Assembly (NCBI GenBank): GCA_040400605.1 | Contig: JBBAPZ010000036.1 | Location: 1 to 11,449 of the forward strand | DNA length: 11,449 nt | Direction: 5' to 3' | From: Candidatus Sericytochromatia bacterium | GTDB lineage: Bacteria > Cyanobacteriota > Sericytochromatia > S15B-MN24 > JAQBPE01 | Shown here: piece after piece, positions 1-8,091 of the stretch | Layout of the letters: each line of letters begins with the position of its first letter | Position numbering within the stretch: the first letter of the stretch is position 1 | Translations under genes and position numbers: made by a program | The notes under the pieces: generated by a model | Told to the model about the DNA's origin: nothing | What the model saw: only the letters and a program-made list of their open reading frames with translations | The model's database searches: none

Positions 1-2
1 TT

Positions 3-596
3 CGCGCTCACTGCAACATGTGGGTCTCTGCTGCTTCGTCTTGGCTTCCGCCGGGGCAGTGGGCAAAACGCCAAACTGTAAACACCGAGTGGGACGGGAC
101 GACCTCGGTGCTCGCAGTGGACTCCGCCGTAGACGACTCAAAGTATGTGGGTGTTTGGTGTCGGAAGAACACAGACGGCGACATTGTTGCGAGTGTCGAG
201 TTCCAGACCGAGTCCATTGCTGAAATGTGGGAACGGATCACGGGGGCGTTGGAGCGTGAACCGAAAACGCAGCTGGCGATTACGCCGTCTCTGTTTATTC
301 ACACGCCTGAAAAGTTCCAGCGCAGAACGGTGCAGTGGGGCTACGGCGAAATAAACAAGTACACAAGTACCGTGAAGAGCCTCATCAACGAAGACCGAGT
401 GAAGCACACTGGCGAGGTGTTGTTGTCCGAGCATGTAAACAGGGCGGTACTGATCCGCGGGCAGGGTGGCGCGTTAAGCATCTCGAGCCAGCGAAGCCCG
501 GGCCCCATCGAGGCTTGCCGTTGTCTCATCGTTGCAGCTGCAATGGTGTCGCGTCCGGGTGGCGCAAATAAACCTTCTATGGGTTTATCTAGATAG
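3..596 (+). CDS. terL: Terminase large subunit, C-terminal nuclease part (5'-truncated by the window edge)
   Basis: Frame is open from the window start (RAHCNMWV..., resembling the R-x-H-x-N-x-W motif at the TerL ATPase/nuclease junction). RNase H-like features include LAVD, 'LLSEHVNRAV' and a C-terminal 'SPGPIEACRCLIVA' helix. It lies directly upstream of the portal gene. Confidence 0.85.
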   Translation, partial: RAHCNMWVSAASSWLPPGQWAKRQTVNTEWDGTTSVLAVDSAVDDSKYVGVWCRKNTDGDIVASVEFQTESIAEMWERITGALEREPKTQLAITPSLFIHTPEKFQRRTVQWGYGEINKYTSTVKSLINEDRVKHTGEVLLSEHVNRAVLIRGQGGALSISSQRSPGPIEACRCLIVAAAMVSRPGGANKPSMGLSR

Positions 597-625
597 TTGC
601 ATTTGCAACGACCTTGTGTAAGACT
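597..625 (+). promoter_or_regulatory. Candidate promoter for the portal/structural operon (possibly leaderless), overlapped by an inverted repeat
   Basis: TTGCAT (597-602), 17-nt spacer, TG at 617-618 and AAGACT (620-625). The portal ATG is at 634 with no clear Shine-Dalgarno. GTTGCA-N2-TGCAAC spans 596-609. Confidence 0.3.
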
Positions 626-633
626 CCGAAGAG

Positions 634-1704
634 ATGAGTATTTTCTCACGCAAGACCGAGACCGCTGCTTTCGCATCTGCACCCGTGCAGGCTGCTGCAG
701 GCGCGTCCCAAATTGGTCAGTTCAATTACTACCTGAACTCGAATGACGAAGCCCGCGCTCTTTCTTCGCCCACAATTTCCCGTAGTAGGGATCTCATTGC
801 TGGCATGGTCGGGGCCTTGGAGCTTCGCCATTACACCAAGCAGTGGACAGGTGAGCGGTACGAAAAGATTTACCTCCCGCTGGAACCGTGGATGGAACGA
901 CCTGACCCGAAAGTGTCGCGCTCGTTCTTCTATGTAAACATTTTCAGTGATCTCTATTTTCACGGCATTGCCTACGCCTATATTCAGACCCGTTACTCAA
1001 CCGGGCTTCCCGCTTCGTTTACATGGCTTCCCGCTGCAAGTGTTTCGTCACCAGATCAAAGTGGCTATCTGCAGTATTTCGGCCAGCAAAAAGAGCTCAT
1101 GTTCAACGGACAAGCCTTGGATGTTTCCAACGTGCTCCAGTTCATCAGCCCGACACCCGGTTTGTTGAAGATTGGCAACAGCGCAATTAATACGCAGTTG
1201 TATCTCAACGCTGCAGCAGACCGCTACGCGCAACTGGAAACGGTGCCGGGTTATCTGCAGCAGGTTTCGGGTGAGGACATGTCGGGCGAAGACCTTGGCG
1301 ATCTCGCGACGGCGTGGGCTGCAGCTCGACGCAAAAACGCCATTGGAGCTTTATCAAGTCAAGTGCAGTTCAAAGAGTTTTCACAGAACGCACAGGAAAC
1401 TAACGCTGATCAGCGCAAGTACCAAGATTTGACCCTGTCACGGTTGTGCAACGTCCCTCCATACCTGCTCGGTATTGACACTGGCTCGTACCAATATCAG
1501 ACCAGTGTTTCGGCTCGCGAGGATTTATATCTGTTCGGCGCCCGTTTGTACCTAGACACCATCGAGCAAACCCTTTCAAGCGAGCAAGTTTTGCCACGAA
1601 ATCGGTTTGTCGAGTTTGACATTGAAAGCTATATCGGCGTCTCAGACATGGCTCATGAAGTCATGCCTGAATACGTTGATGAAGAAGAAAGCATCCCATC
1701 ATGA
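634..1704 (+). CDS. Phage portal protein (HK97-like)
   Basis: 356 aa between terL and the protease/capsid gene. Portal-like segments: 'PTISRSRDLIAGMVGAL', 'DLYFHGIAY', 'LSRLCNVPPYLLG', 'LDTIEQTLS', 'FVEFDIESY'. Confidence 0.92.
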   Translation: MSIFSRKTETAAFASAPVQAAAGASQIGQFNYYLNSNDEARALSSPTISRSRDLIAGMVGALELRHYTKQWTGERYEKIYLPLEPWMERPDPKVSRSFFYVNIFSDLYFHGIAYAYIQTRYSTGLPASFTWLPAASVSSPDQSGYLQYFGQQKELMFNGQALDVSNVLQFISPTPGLLKIGNSAINTQLYLNAAADRYAQLETVPGYLQQVSGEDMSGEDLGDLATAWAAARRKNAIGALSSQVQFKEFSQNAQETNADQRKYQDLTLSRLCNVPPYLLGIDTGSYQYQTSVSAREDLYLFGARLYLDTIEQTLSSEQVLPRNRFVEFDIESYIGVSDMAHEVMPEYVDEEESIPS

Positions 1705-3275
1705 TTCATTTTGTTCACGTCCCCGTGACCCTTGATGCTGCCGCAGGAGAGGACAGCCCCCGTACCATCACGGGCGTGGCCGTACCTTGGGACACAACTG
1801 CGTCAGTGTCATCGGGTCAAGAAGTCATGTTCAAGCGTGGCGCGTTTGACGTAAACGCAAAAGCCCCAAAGCTTCTTGAAGGTCACGACATGTCGCAGTT
1901 GCGGGGTGTTGTTACCGAACTCGTAGAGGCTGAAGAAGGTCTGCTGTTTACAGCAAGATTTGCTAACACCCGGGCTTCTAATGAGGCCATCGAACTTGTC
2001 AAGGCTGGCGCATACGACTCCGTATCTGTTGGTGCCGTCCCGACCAAGTTCAAATATGACAAGAACGGAACGATGGTTGTCTCTAAGGCAAACCTCGTTG
2101 AAATCTCGTTGGTCGCACAACCTGCGTTTGCAGATGCGGTCATCACAGAAATCGCTGCTTCAGAACCCGACCTAGAGGTCGCCGAAGAAGTTGTCGAACC
2201 CCAACCCCTAGACATTCCTGAGGAGGAAACCATGTCTGAAGTAACCCCAACGGTTGAGGCTTCGGCTGAAACTGTCCCTACAGCCCTGTTTTACAGCGCC
2301 CCACGTTCACCAATTAAGACGAACGCTGACTACCTGCACCACGCAATCAACGCAAAGTTGAACCCAACAAGCGAGTCCGCTTTGTGGGTCGCAGCTGCTG
2401 ACGATGCCAAGGCAAAGTTCATGATCACTGCAGCAGACGATTCGTTCTCGACTAACCCTGCTTTTAACCCAGTGCAGTACATGTCCAACACGGTGCAGGT
2501 AAACATTGGTTCACGCCCAGTCATCGATGCTTGTGGTGGTACACGTGCCATCCCTGCAGCCGGAATGACAATCAGCGTTCCAAAAATCACCACAAACGGA
2601 ACCGTTGCCACCACCGCAGAAGGCGGAGCACCATCAGAGACAGGCATCGTTTCGAGCTATGTAAACGGCACCGTCGTCAAGCTTGCAGGTTTGCAGCGTT
2701 GGTCGGTTGAACTCCAAGAGCGTTCAGACCCATCCTTCGCCCAGATCATGCTTGACAACATGACACGCTCCTACCGCAAGGCAACAGAGCAGGCAGTCAT
2801 TGCAGCAATCACCGCAGGTGGTACACAGGCAACAGCAACCGCTGCAACCGCAGCAGGCATCCAGTCCTTCGTTGCAACAGAGTCCGCAGCTGCTTACCTT
2901 GCAACAGGTGACACCGTAGGCGCATATACCGCTGGCGTTGGTCAGTGGTCATTGCTTCAGAACTCTGTTGACACTGCAGGCCGTCCAATCTTTAACGCTG
3001 GACAGCCACAGAACTCAGGCGGATCAGCCGAAGCCACAACCCTCTTCGGAAACGTCCTTGGCGTTCCATTGTCGGTGTCTTCCAACATGGTTTCCACCGT
3101 CATTGACGAATCGGCATTCCTTATCGTTCCATCAGCAATCGAAATCTTCGAATCTTCACAGCTCATGCTTCAGACAAACGTCCCAGCATCAGGTGAAATC
3201 GAAGCGATGATTTATGGCTACTTCTGCCCAATCGTCACCATTGCTGGCGGTCTTCGCCGTTTCAACCTGACCTGA
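1701..3275 (+). CDS. Prohead protease - major capsid protein fusion (HK97-type)
   Basis: The N-terminal ~150 aa carry HK97-type protease motifs (RTITGVAVPW, LLEGHD, DSVSVG, LVEISLVAQPAF). An acidic/Pro linker leads into an HK97-fold capsid domain (VPKITT, EGGAP, SVELQERSDP, DTAGRPIF, LFGNVLGVPL). ATGA overlap with the portal stop. Confidence 0.92.
   Translation: MIHFVHVPVTLDAAAGEDSPRTITGVAVPWDTTASVSSGQEVMFKRGAFDVNAKAPKLLEGHDMSQLRGVVTELVEAEEGLLFTARFANTRASNEAIELVKAGAYDSVSVGAVPTKFKYDKNGTMVVSKANLVEISLVAQPAFADAVITEIAASEPDLEVAEEVVEPQPLDIPEEETMSEVTPTVEASAETVPTALFYSAPRSPIKTNADYLHHAINAKLNPTSESALWVAAADDAKAKFMITAADDSFSTNPAFNPVQYMSNTVQVNIGSRPVIDACGGTRAIPAAGMTISVPKITTNGTVATTAEGGAPSETGIVSSYVNGTVVKLAGLQRWSVELQERSDPSFAQIMLDNMTRSYRKATEQAVIAAITAGGTQATATAATAAGIQSFVATESAAAYLATGDTVGAYTAGVGQWSLLQNSVDTAGRPIFNAGQPQNSGGSAEATTLFGNVLGVPLSVSSNMVSTVIDESAFLIVPSAIEIFESSQLMLQTNVPASGEIEAMIYGYFCPIVTIAGGLRRFNLT
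2232..3275 (+). CDS. Major capsid protein from a nested in-frame internal start (347 aa)
   Basis: AGGAGG at 2221-2226, 5-nt spacer, then ATG at 2232, which is codon 178 of the fusion ORF and sits at the protease/capsid boundary. Confidence 0.7.
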   Translation: MSEVTPTVEASAETVPTALFYSAPRSPIKTNADYLHHAINAKLNPTSESALWVAAADDAKAKFMITAADDSFSTNPAFNPVQYMSNTVQVNIGSRPVIDACGGTRAIPAAGMTISVPKITTNGTVATTAEGGAPSETGIVSSYVNGTVVKLAGLQRWSVELQERSDPSFAQIMLDNMTRSYRKATEQAVIAAITAGGTQATATAATAAGIQSFVATESAAAYLATGDTVGAYTAGVGQWSLLQNSVDTAGRPIFNAGQPQNSGGSAEATTLFGNVLGVPLSVSSNMVSTVIDESAFLIVPSAIEIFESSQLMLQTNVPASGEIEAMIYGYFCPIVTIAGGLRRFNLT

Positions 3276-3306
3276 TAAACCCCCTACACAAGAAGACTGC
3301 ATCACC

Positions 3307-3936
3307 ATGGCCACATACGACTTAGCGTTTCACACACGTTTAGACGGCTATGCCGTGGTGCAGACTTTTGTGGAAACAGGTATCCAAGTTACGGACTCGG
3401 TAGTTATCGCAGGCGTGAGTCACGGCTTCAACGCCACCGCTGATGTGGTTTCTACCGACCCGTACTTGTTTCTTGGTGTTTCAGACGAAGGCGACTTGCG
3501 TTTTGACTATGGCGTCATTATGCAAAACCAGTTTATTTATGTAAACAATGGCGCAGACTTTGAACGCGACACCGCTACCGGGACTGTCACCTACACAGTC
3601 ACGCCAAGTTGGACAACCAGTGCCCTAGTCCTGAGCGCCTTGGGAATTGATGTGGCAACCGCCAATGACACGGCCTACGTCGCCAAGTGTGTTTCCGCTA
3701 GCAATTTTTGGTGCTGGAACAAGCGTCGCGAATCAAATTACACTGATTCGCCGAGCACAGTCCCAAACGCTTCCGTAGAGCTTGCAGCGACCTTGTATGC
3801 AATGCAGCTGTACCGCGAAAGAGGCACAAGCGGTGACGCTTACGCAGGCTATGACGCAATGGGCAACTTGCCATTGCCCGTAAACCTGTCACGCATCATG
3901 CAACTTCTCGGTTGTAGTCGGGCGACAGTCGCGTGA
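3307..3936 (+). CDS. Head-tail connector/adaptor (HK97 gp6/SPP1 gp15-like) with extra N-terminal beta-rich domain
   Basis: Directly follows the capsid gene. The C-terminal half has the adaptor pattern (WTTSALVLSALG ... VPNASVELAATLYAMQLYRER ... IMQLLG). The N-terminal ~95 aa are rich in V/T/G and look beta-stranded. Confidence 0.75.
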   Translation: MATYDLAFHTRLDGYAVVQTFVETGIQVTDSVVIAGVSHGFNATADVVSTDPYLFLGVSDEGDLRFDYGVIMQNQFIYVNNGADFERDTATGTVTYTVTPSWTTSALVLSALGIDVATANDTAYVAKCVSASNFWCWNKRRESNYTDSPSTVPNASVELAATLYAMQLYRERGTSGDAYAGYDAMGNLPLPVNLSRIMQLLGCSRATVA

Positions 3937-4286
3937 GTTCTTCAGGCATCTTGTACGAGGCTGTAAACAAGGTCAAAACCTCGTTGACGGCGCTCGGGCT
4001 TGTGCCTATCACAGACCCACGAAACGCTCGCCCAATGTCGGTTCTGATTGAACTTCCAACGGTCACAGCGTTTACATACAACGTGGGCAACATCGACATA
4101 CGTCTCCGCGTTCTTGCACCGCCCCCCGGCAATCAGGACGCTGGCGACTACCTCATGACAATCGCAGATCAGATAATGAACTCATCAATCGCGGTCACGG
4201 ATCTTCGTCCGGGCCTCGTATCCATCGGGGGGCAAGACCTGCCCTCTTATGATTTAACCGTTGCCGTAGCCGTACGGCGCAACTAA
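3933..4286 (+). CDS. Tail terminator / tail completion protein
   Basis: 117 aa with a GTGA overlap with the upstream gene, lying immediately before the major tail protein. An N-terminal helix, alternating strands and a C-terminal 'LPSYDLTVAV' strand are typical of this slot. Confidence 0.6.
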   Translation: MSSSGILYEAVNKVKTSLTALGLVPITDPRNARPMSVLIELPTVTAFTYNVGNIDIRLRVLAPPPGNQDAGDYLMTIADQIMNSSIAVTDLRPGLVSIGGQDLPSYDLTVAVAVRRN

Positions 4287-4299
4287 CAAAGGAGCCCTC

Positions 4300-4725
4300 A
4301 TGGCTACAACAACATTCCTTAGCAATGCCACGATTAACATCACGCAGGGCGCAACCACCACAGACCTTTCCGACCAAGCAAACGCCGTTTCAGTCATGAT
4401 CGGTGTTGATTCTCTTGAGTCCACCGCTTTTGGCGATGCTGGACACCGTTTTACAGCTGGTCTTCAGAACGTCGAAGTGACAATGACTTTGTTCTTGTCC
4501 TACGGCGCTGCCGAAGTTGAAGCAATCCTTGCTTCATGCGTAGGCACAGGAACCACCGTGCTGACCATCTCGCCATCAGGCACCACAGAAGGCCCAGCGA
4601 ACCCTGAGTACGTCATCACGAACTGCATGCTTGCTGACTTCACCCCAATTAACTCAACTGTTGGCGAACTTGCCACCGTTGAAGCCACCTTTACAGGCGG
4701 CACTTGGGTTCGCGACATCGTTTAA
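4300..4725 (+). CDS. Major tail (tube) protein
   Basis: 141 aa, Thr-rich, with SD AAGGAG upstream. Tube-like segments: 'DLSDQANAVSV', 'LESTAFGD', 'FTAGLQN', 'STVGELATVEATF'. Confidence 0.85.
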   Translation: MATTTFLSNATINITQGATTTDLSDQANAVSVMIGVDSLESTAFGDAGHRFTAGLQNVEVTMTLFLSYGAAEVEAILASCVGTGTTVLTISPSGTTEGPANPEYVITNCMLADFTPINSTVGELATVEATFTGGTWVRDIV

Positions 4726-4753
4726 CCCGTAAACAACACATAGAGGAGAACCT

Positions 4754-5050
4754 ATGAAAATCACACTCAACGTAGAACAACAAGACGGGCAGACCTATCA
4801 GGTCACCACCAACTTGTTTTCCATTGTGGCGCTGGAGCGCAAGTTTAAGATCCGCGCATCTGACCTTGCCTCTGGTGTCGCCATGGAGCACTTAGCGTTC
4901 CTCGCCTTTGAGGGTGCTAAGCAAAACGGCATCACCGTCCCAGCAGTGTTTGATGATTACATCAAGAAACTGGTTTCGGTTGAGGTTGTGAGCGAGGACA
5001 CCGCAAACCCTACGCAAGAGGCTCTTACCTCCGAACCCTCTGCGAGTTAG
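4754..5050 (+). CDS. Tail assembly chaperone (lambda gpG-like)
   Basis: 98 aa directly after the major tail protein, with SD GAGGAG. Its 3' end overlaps an open -1 frame. Confidence 0.8.
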   Translation: MKITLNVEQQDGQTYQVTTNLFSIVALERKFKIRASDLASGVAMEHLAFLAFEGAKQNGITVPAVFDDYIKKLVSVEVVSEDTANPTQEALTSEPSAS

Positions 5051-5160
5051 CAGTGGAGACGGGGTTCTGGCCTCATCAGATCCCATTCGATACACAAGAG
5101 CTGCACACCATGTTGGACGTGCTGAAGAAGAGAGCAAAGGAGGCGAAACGTGCCCGTTAG
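5005..5160 (+). CDS. Frameshifted C-terminal extension of the tail assembly chaperone (gpGT-like), not in the ORF track
   Basis: The -1 frame is open from 4984 to TAG at 5158-5160 and reads PYARGSYLRTLCELAVETGFWPHQIPFDTQELHTMLDVLKKRAKEAKRAR. An X-XXY-YYZ heptamer, A-AAC-CCT, lies at 5005-5011 in the correct phase. The frame fills the gap to the next gene. Confidence 0.75.
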   Translation, partial: KPYARGSYLRTLCELAVETGFWPHQIPFDTQELHTMLDVLKKRAKEAKRAR

Positions 5161-5650
5161 TACTGACATCAGTGTTTTAGGCATTAACGAAGCTATCCGT
5201 TCTCTTAACAAGATTGAGCCGGGCTTGCGTAAGGAATTCAATAATGAGGCTCGAGCTATTGGTGCCCCTGCTGTAAACGCTGTCAAGGATGCTTATCGTT
5301 TTGTTCCGTTGTCGGGTATGAACCGCAAGTGGGCTGGCCCATCGGTAAACGGACGCAAGGTTTTCCCGTGGAACCTAGACAAGGCTCGCAAGGGTGTGGA
5401 CGTTGTCTTTGACACGAACCGCCGTACCACTGGCACAATCAACATTGTGCAGCGTGACACGGCTACCGCCATTTTTGAAACTGCTGGACGCAAGACCGCT
5501 AACCCGTTGGGTAACGCGCTCGGGCAGTTGTCGCCGGGTCGTACTCGCATTATCGGCCCCGTTGTTTACAGCAGGATTGCCGAAACCACCAAGGTCATGG
5601 GCGAGTTCGCGCTTCGTGTTCTTGACCGCGTAAACCGAGAGATGAAATAA
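5150..5650 (+). CDS. HK97 gp10-like neck/tail-completion protein
   Basis: GTG start with SD AAGGAGG (5137-5143). Basic 166-aa protein beginning 'ISVLGINEAIRSLNKIEPGLRKEF', with 'AIFETAG' and a C-terminal helix, the pattern of gp10-like proteins. Confidence 0.65.
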   Translation: MPVSTDISVLGINEAIRSLNKIEPGLRKEFNNEARAIGAPAVNAVKDAYRFVPLSGMNRKWAGPSVNGRKVFPWNLDKARKGVDVVFDTNRRTTGTINIVQRDTATAIFETAGRKTANPLGNALGQLSPGRTRIIGPVVYSRIAETTKVMGEFALRVLDRVNREMK

Positions 5651-6969
5651 TGCTTAGTATCCCCATCGTTACCGAGTTCAACGGTTCAGGAATCCAAAAG
5701 GCAAAGAAGGAATTTGCCCAGCTTGACGGCGCAGCTGCTAAGACGAAGTTTGCGTTTAAGAAAGCGCTAATTCCTGCGACTGCTGCTGTTGGTGCTTTAG
5801 GCGTTGCATTGTTTGACGCCACGAAGGGCGCTATCGAGGACGCTGCAGCGCAGGATCAACTTGCTAACAACTTGCGCCGTACCACTGGCGCTACTGAAGC
5901 GCAGATTGCAGCCAATGAGGATTGGATTAGTACTCAGGGCACTTTGCTCGGTGTGGCGGATTCTGAGCTTCGTCCAGTGCTGGCGAAACTGGCGAAGGCT
6001 ACTGGAGATGTCACCAAGGCTCAGCAGTTTGCTAATCAGGCGATGGACATCGCTGCAGCTACGGGTAAGCCCCTTGCGAGCGTCACAGACGCAATAACAA
6101 AGGCTATGGGGGGCAACATGACCGCCCTAGCCAAACTTGCCCCTGAGTACCGCACGCTGATTAAGGACGGGGCTGATTTTGAGACTGTCATGTCTCTTAT
6201 TGCTGACTCGACTGGCGGTGCTGCAACTCAAGCCGCTAACACCGCTGAAGGGCAGTTCAAGCGTCTCGGTCTTGCCCTTGAAGAGACGAAGGAGTCCATC
6301 GGCGCTGCTTTGCTTCCAGCGATTGAGAAAGTCCTGCCGTACTTGACGAAGTTTGGTGATTGGGCGCAAAAGAACCCAAATCTGTTTCTTGCTGTGGCTG
6401 GGTCGCTAGTTGCTGTTGCTGGCGCAATTATGGCTGTAAACGTGGCGATGGCATTGAACCCGTTTACGGCAATCGCAGCTGGTATTGCTGTTTTAATTGT
6501 TGCCGTTGCCGCTGCGTACACGAAGTTTGAAGGCTTCAGAAAAATTGTTGACGCTGTGTTTGGGGCGATGAAGTTTTGGATCACCAATGTAACCATTCCA
6601 GCCATTCAAGGTTTACTGGCGGTGTTCAAAACTGTGTTTAACGGCATTGCTTCGCTGTGGAATAACACCATCGGCAAGTTGTCGTTTAAGTTCCCTTCGT
6701 TTGTGCCGGGCTTCGGCGGTAAGGGTTTTGATGTGCCTAATATCCCGATGTTGGCTGATGGTGGCATTGTTCGTTCTGCGACTTTGGCGGTGATTGGTGA
6801 GGCTGGCCCTGAGGCTGTTGTGCCTTTAAACCGTGCTGGCGAGTTCGGTATGGGTGGCGGGAATAACGTCACTATCAACGTGCAGGGCGGAGACCCGAAC
6901 GCAATTGTTGATGCCCTTCGCCGTTACCAACGCCAAAACGGCGCTATCCCCATCCGAGTCGCCTCGTGA
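5650..6969 (+). CDS. Tape measure protein (short, 439 aa)
   Basis: Ala-rich helical sequence, hydrophobic 'ALNPFTAIAAGIAVL' segment and W/F periodic repeats. The C-terminal 'PMLADGGIV...IGEAGPEAVVPL' motif is typical of tape measure proteins. TAATG overlap with the upstream stop. Confidence 0.9.
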   Translation: MLSIPIVTEFNGSGIQKAKKEFAQLDGAAAKTKFAFKKALIPATAAVGALGVALFDATKGAIEDAAAQDQLANNLRRTTGATEAQIAANEDWISTQGTLLGVADSELRPVLAKLAKATGDVTKAQQFANQAMDIAAATGKPLASVTDAITKAMGGNMTALAKLAPEYRTLIKDGADFETVMSLIADSTGGAATQAANTAEGQFKRLGLALEETKESIGAALLPAIEKVLPYLTKFGDWAQKNPNLFLAVAGSLVAVAGAIMAVNVAMALNPFTAIAAGIAVLIVAVAAAYTKFEGFRKIVDAVFGAMKFWITNVTIPAIQGLLAVFKTVFNGIASLWNNTIGKLSFKFPSFVPGFGGKGFDVPNIPMLADGGIVRSATLAVIGEAGPEAVVPLNRAGEFGMGGGNNVTINVQGGDPNAIVDALRRYQRQNGAIPIRVAS

Positions 6970-8087
6970 CCGTTGAGCAATACACCGTCGAGTATTCGAT
7001 GAATTACTCCACATGGACTGCGGTAAGCAACGTCCAAGAAATCACCGCCCGTGTGGGGCGCACTGGTTTACAAGACACTTTTGAGCCTTCAGGGGCAAGC
7101 ATTGTGATCCGATACCCAAGCGGTTTTGCTTCCCCCATTTCAGCGTTCAATGTTGGCACATGGATTCGCATCAAGCGCGTAGGCGCTATCTACGAAACGT
7201 GGAACGGCAAAATCCGCAACGTTACTGTCCAGTGGGGCAAGCCTTACAACTACGCCACCTCAACTGGTAACGCTGACTATGTCACCCTTGAATGTGAAGG
7301 CGCGTTGGCAGAGTGGGGCCGTCTACAGGGCAACAACGCCACCGTGGTGACTGCTAACGCTTACTTCCAACTTGCTGACGTTTCTTTCCAAGGCAGCCTG
7401 CCAGTGGGCACGACTTACAGCTCAACTACGTCACCAACTGTCGGCGCTTCAACCATTAGCGGTTCTTACGCCGAATGGCTCAACACTTTTGCCGCCACTC
7501 TCGGTGCCACCATTAAAGACGGCAGCAACCAAGTCGGTGTTTACACCAAGGACTTCGTGGGCACGTTGCCGGTGAGCTTCTCAGACGCTGCAAACAACGC
7601 GACAAATCAGGTCTATGACGAACTGACCTTTGACAGCCTCGCAGCGGATTACTACACCAGAGTCGAGATAAACACGCTGAACTTCGGCACGGTTGTTGTG
7701 ACCGCAGCTGGTGCTACTGCCCCGTTTCGTACGCTTCGTATTTCCACGTTCAGCGCGTCCGTTGGTCAGGCCCAAGATCTCGGGAACTATTACCTCGGTA
7801 TCTATTCAACACCGTCTTTCGGTATTTCGTCTTTGTCTTGTAAGGCTGAGGCTCAAAACACTTTTGCGCTTGACCTTGGTTATGCGTGGTGGGATTTGCC
7901 CGGCTATCGGTGCAACATCACTTTCCGTGGCACGACCTATTACATGACAATTTTGGGGTGCACTTTGACTGCTACGCCTGAGGGGTCTCGTTATTCTTAT
8001 ACCGTGATTGACGCAGATCTGAATCCGTATCTAATCCTTGATGACCCCGTTTACGGTGTCCTTAATCAGAATAAGTTGAGTTGGTAA
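6966..8087 (+). CDS. Tail tip / baseplate hub-like minor tail protein
   Basis: 373 aa, beta-rich, directly after the TMP with a GTGA overlap. Contains 'ITARVGR...DTFEPSGASI' and ends 'LILDDPVYGVLNQNKL'. The assignment rests mainly on synteny. Confidence 0.65.
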   Translation: MTVEQYTVEYSMNYSTWTAVSNVQEITARVGRTGLQDTFEPSGASIVIRYPSGFASPISAFNVGTWIRIKRVGAIYETWNGKIRNVTVQWGKPYNYATSTGNADYVTLECEGALAEWGRLQGNNATVVTANAYFQLADVSFQGSLPVGTTYSSTTSPTVGASTISGSYAEWLNTFAATLGATIKDGSNQVGVYTKDFVGTLPVSFSDAANNATNQVYDELTFDSLAADYYTRVEINTLNFGTVVVTAAGATAPFRTLRISTFSASVGQAQDLGNYYLGIYSTPSFGISSLSCKAEAQNTFALDLGYAWWDLPGYRCNITFRGTTYYMTILGCTLTATPEGSRYSYTVIDADLNPYLILDDPVYGVLNQNKLSW

Positions 8088-8091
8088 CAAT

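Noticed and set aside
2790..2900. Repetitive GCA/ACC tract in the capsid gene as a tandem repeat, CRISPR array or DGR element
   Set aside because: It simply encodes Ala/Thr-rich sequence. I saw no repeat-spacer periodicity, TR/VR pair, reverse transcriptase, integrase or tRNA in the window.
3260..3310. Possible readthrough or frameshift extension of the capsid protein into the adaptor
   Set aside because: The capsid ends with tandem stops (TGA TAA) and no slippery sequence is evident.
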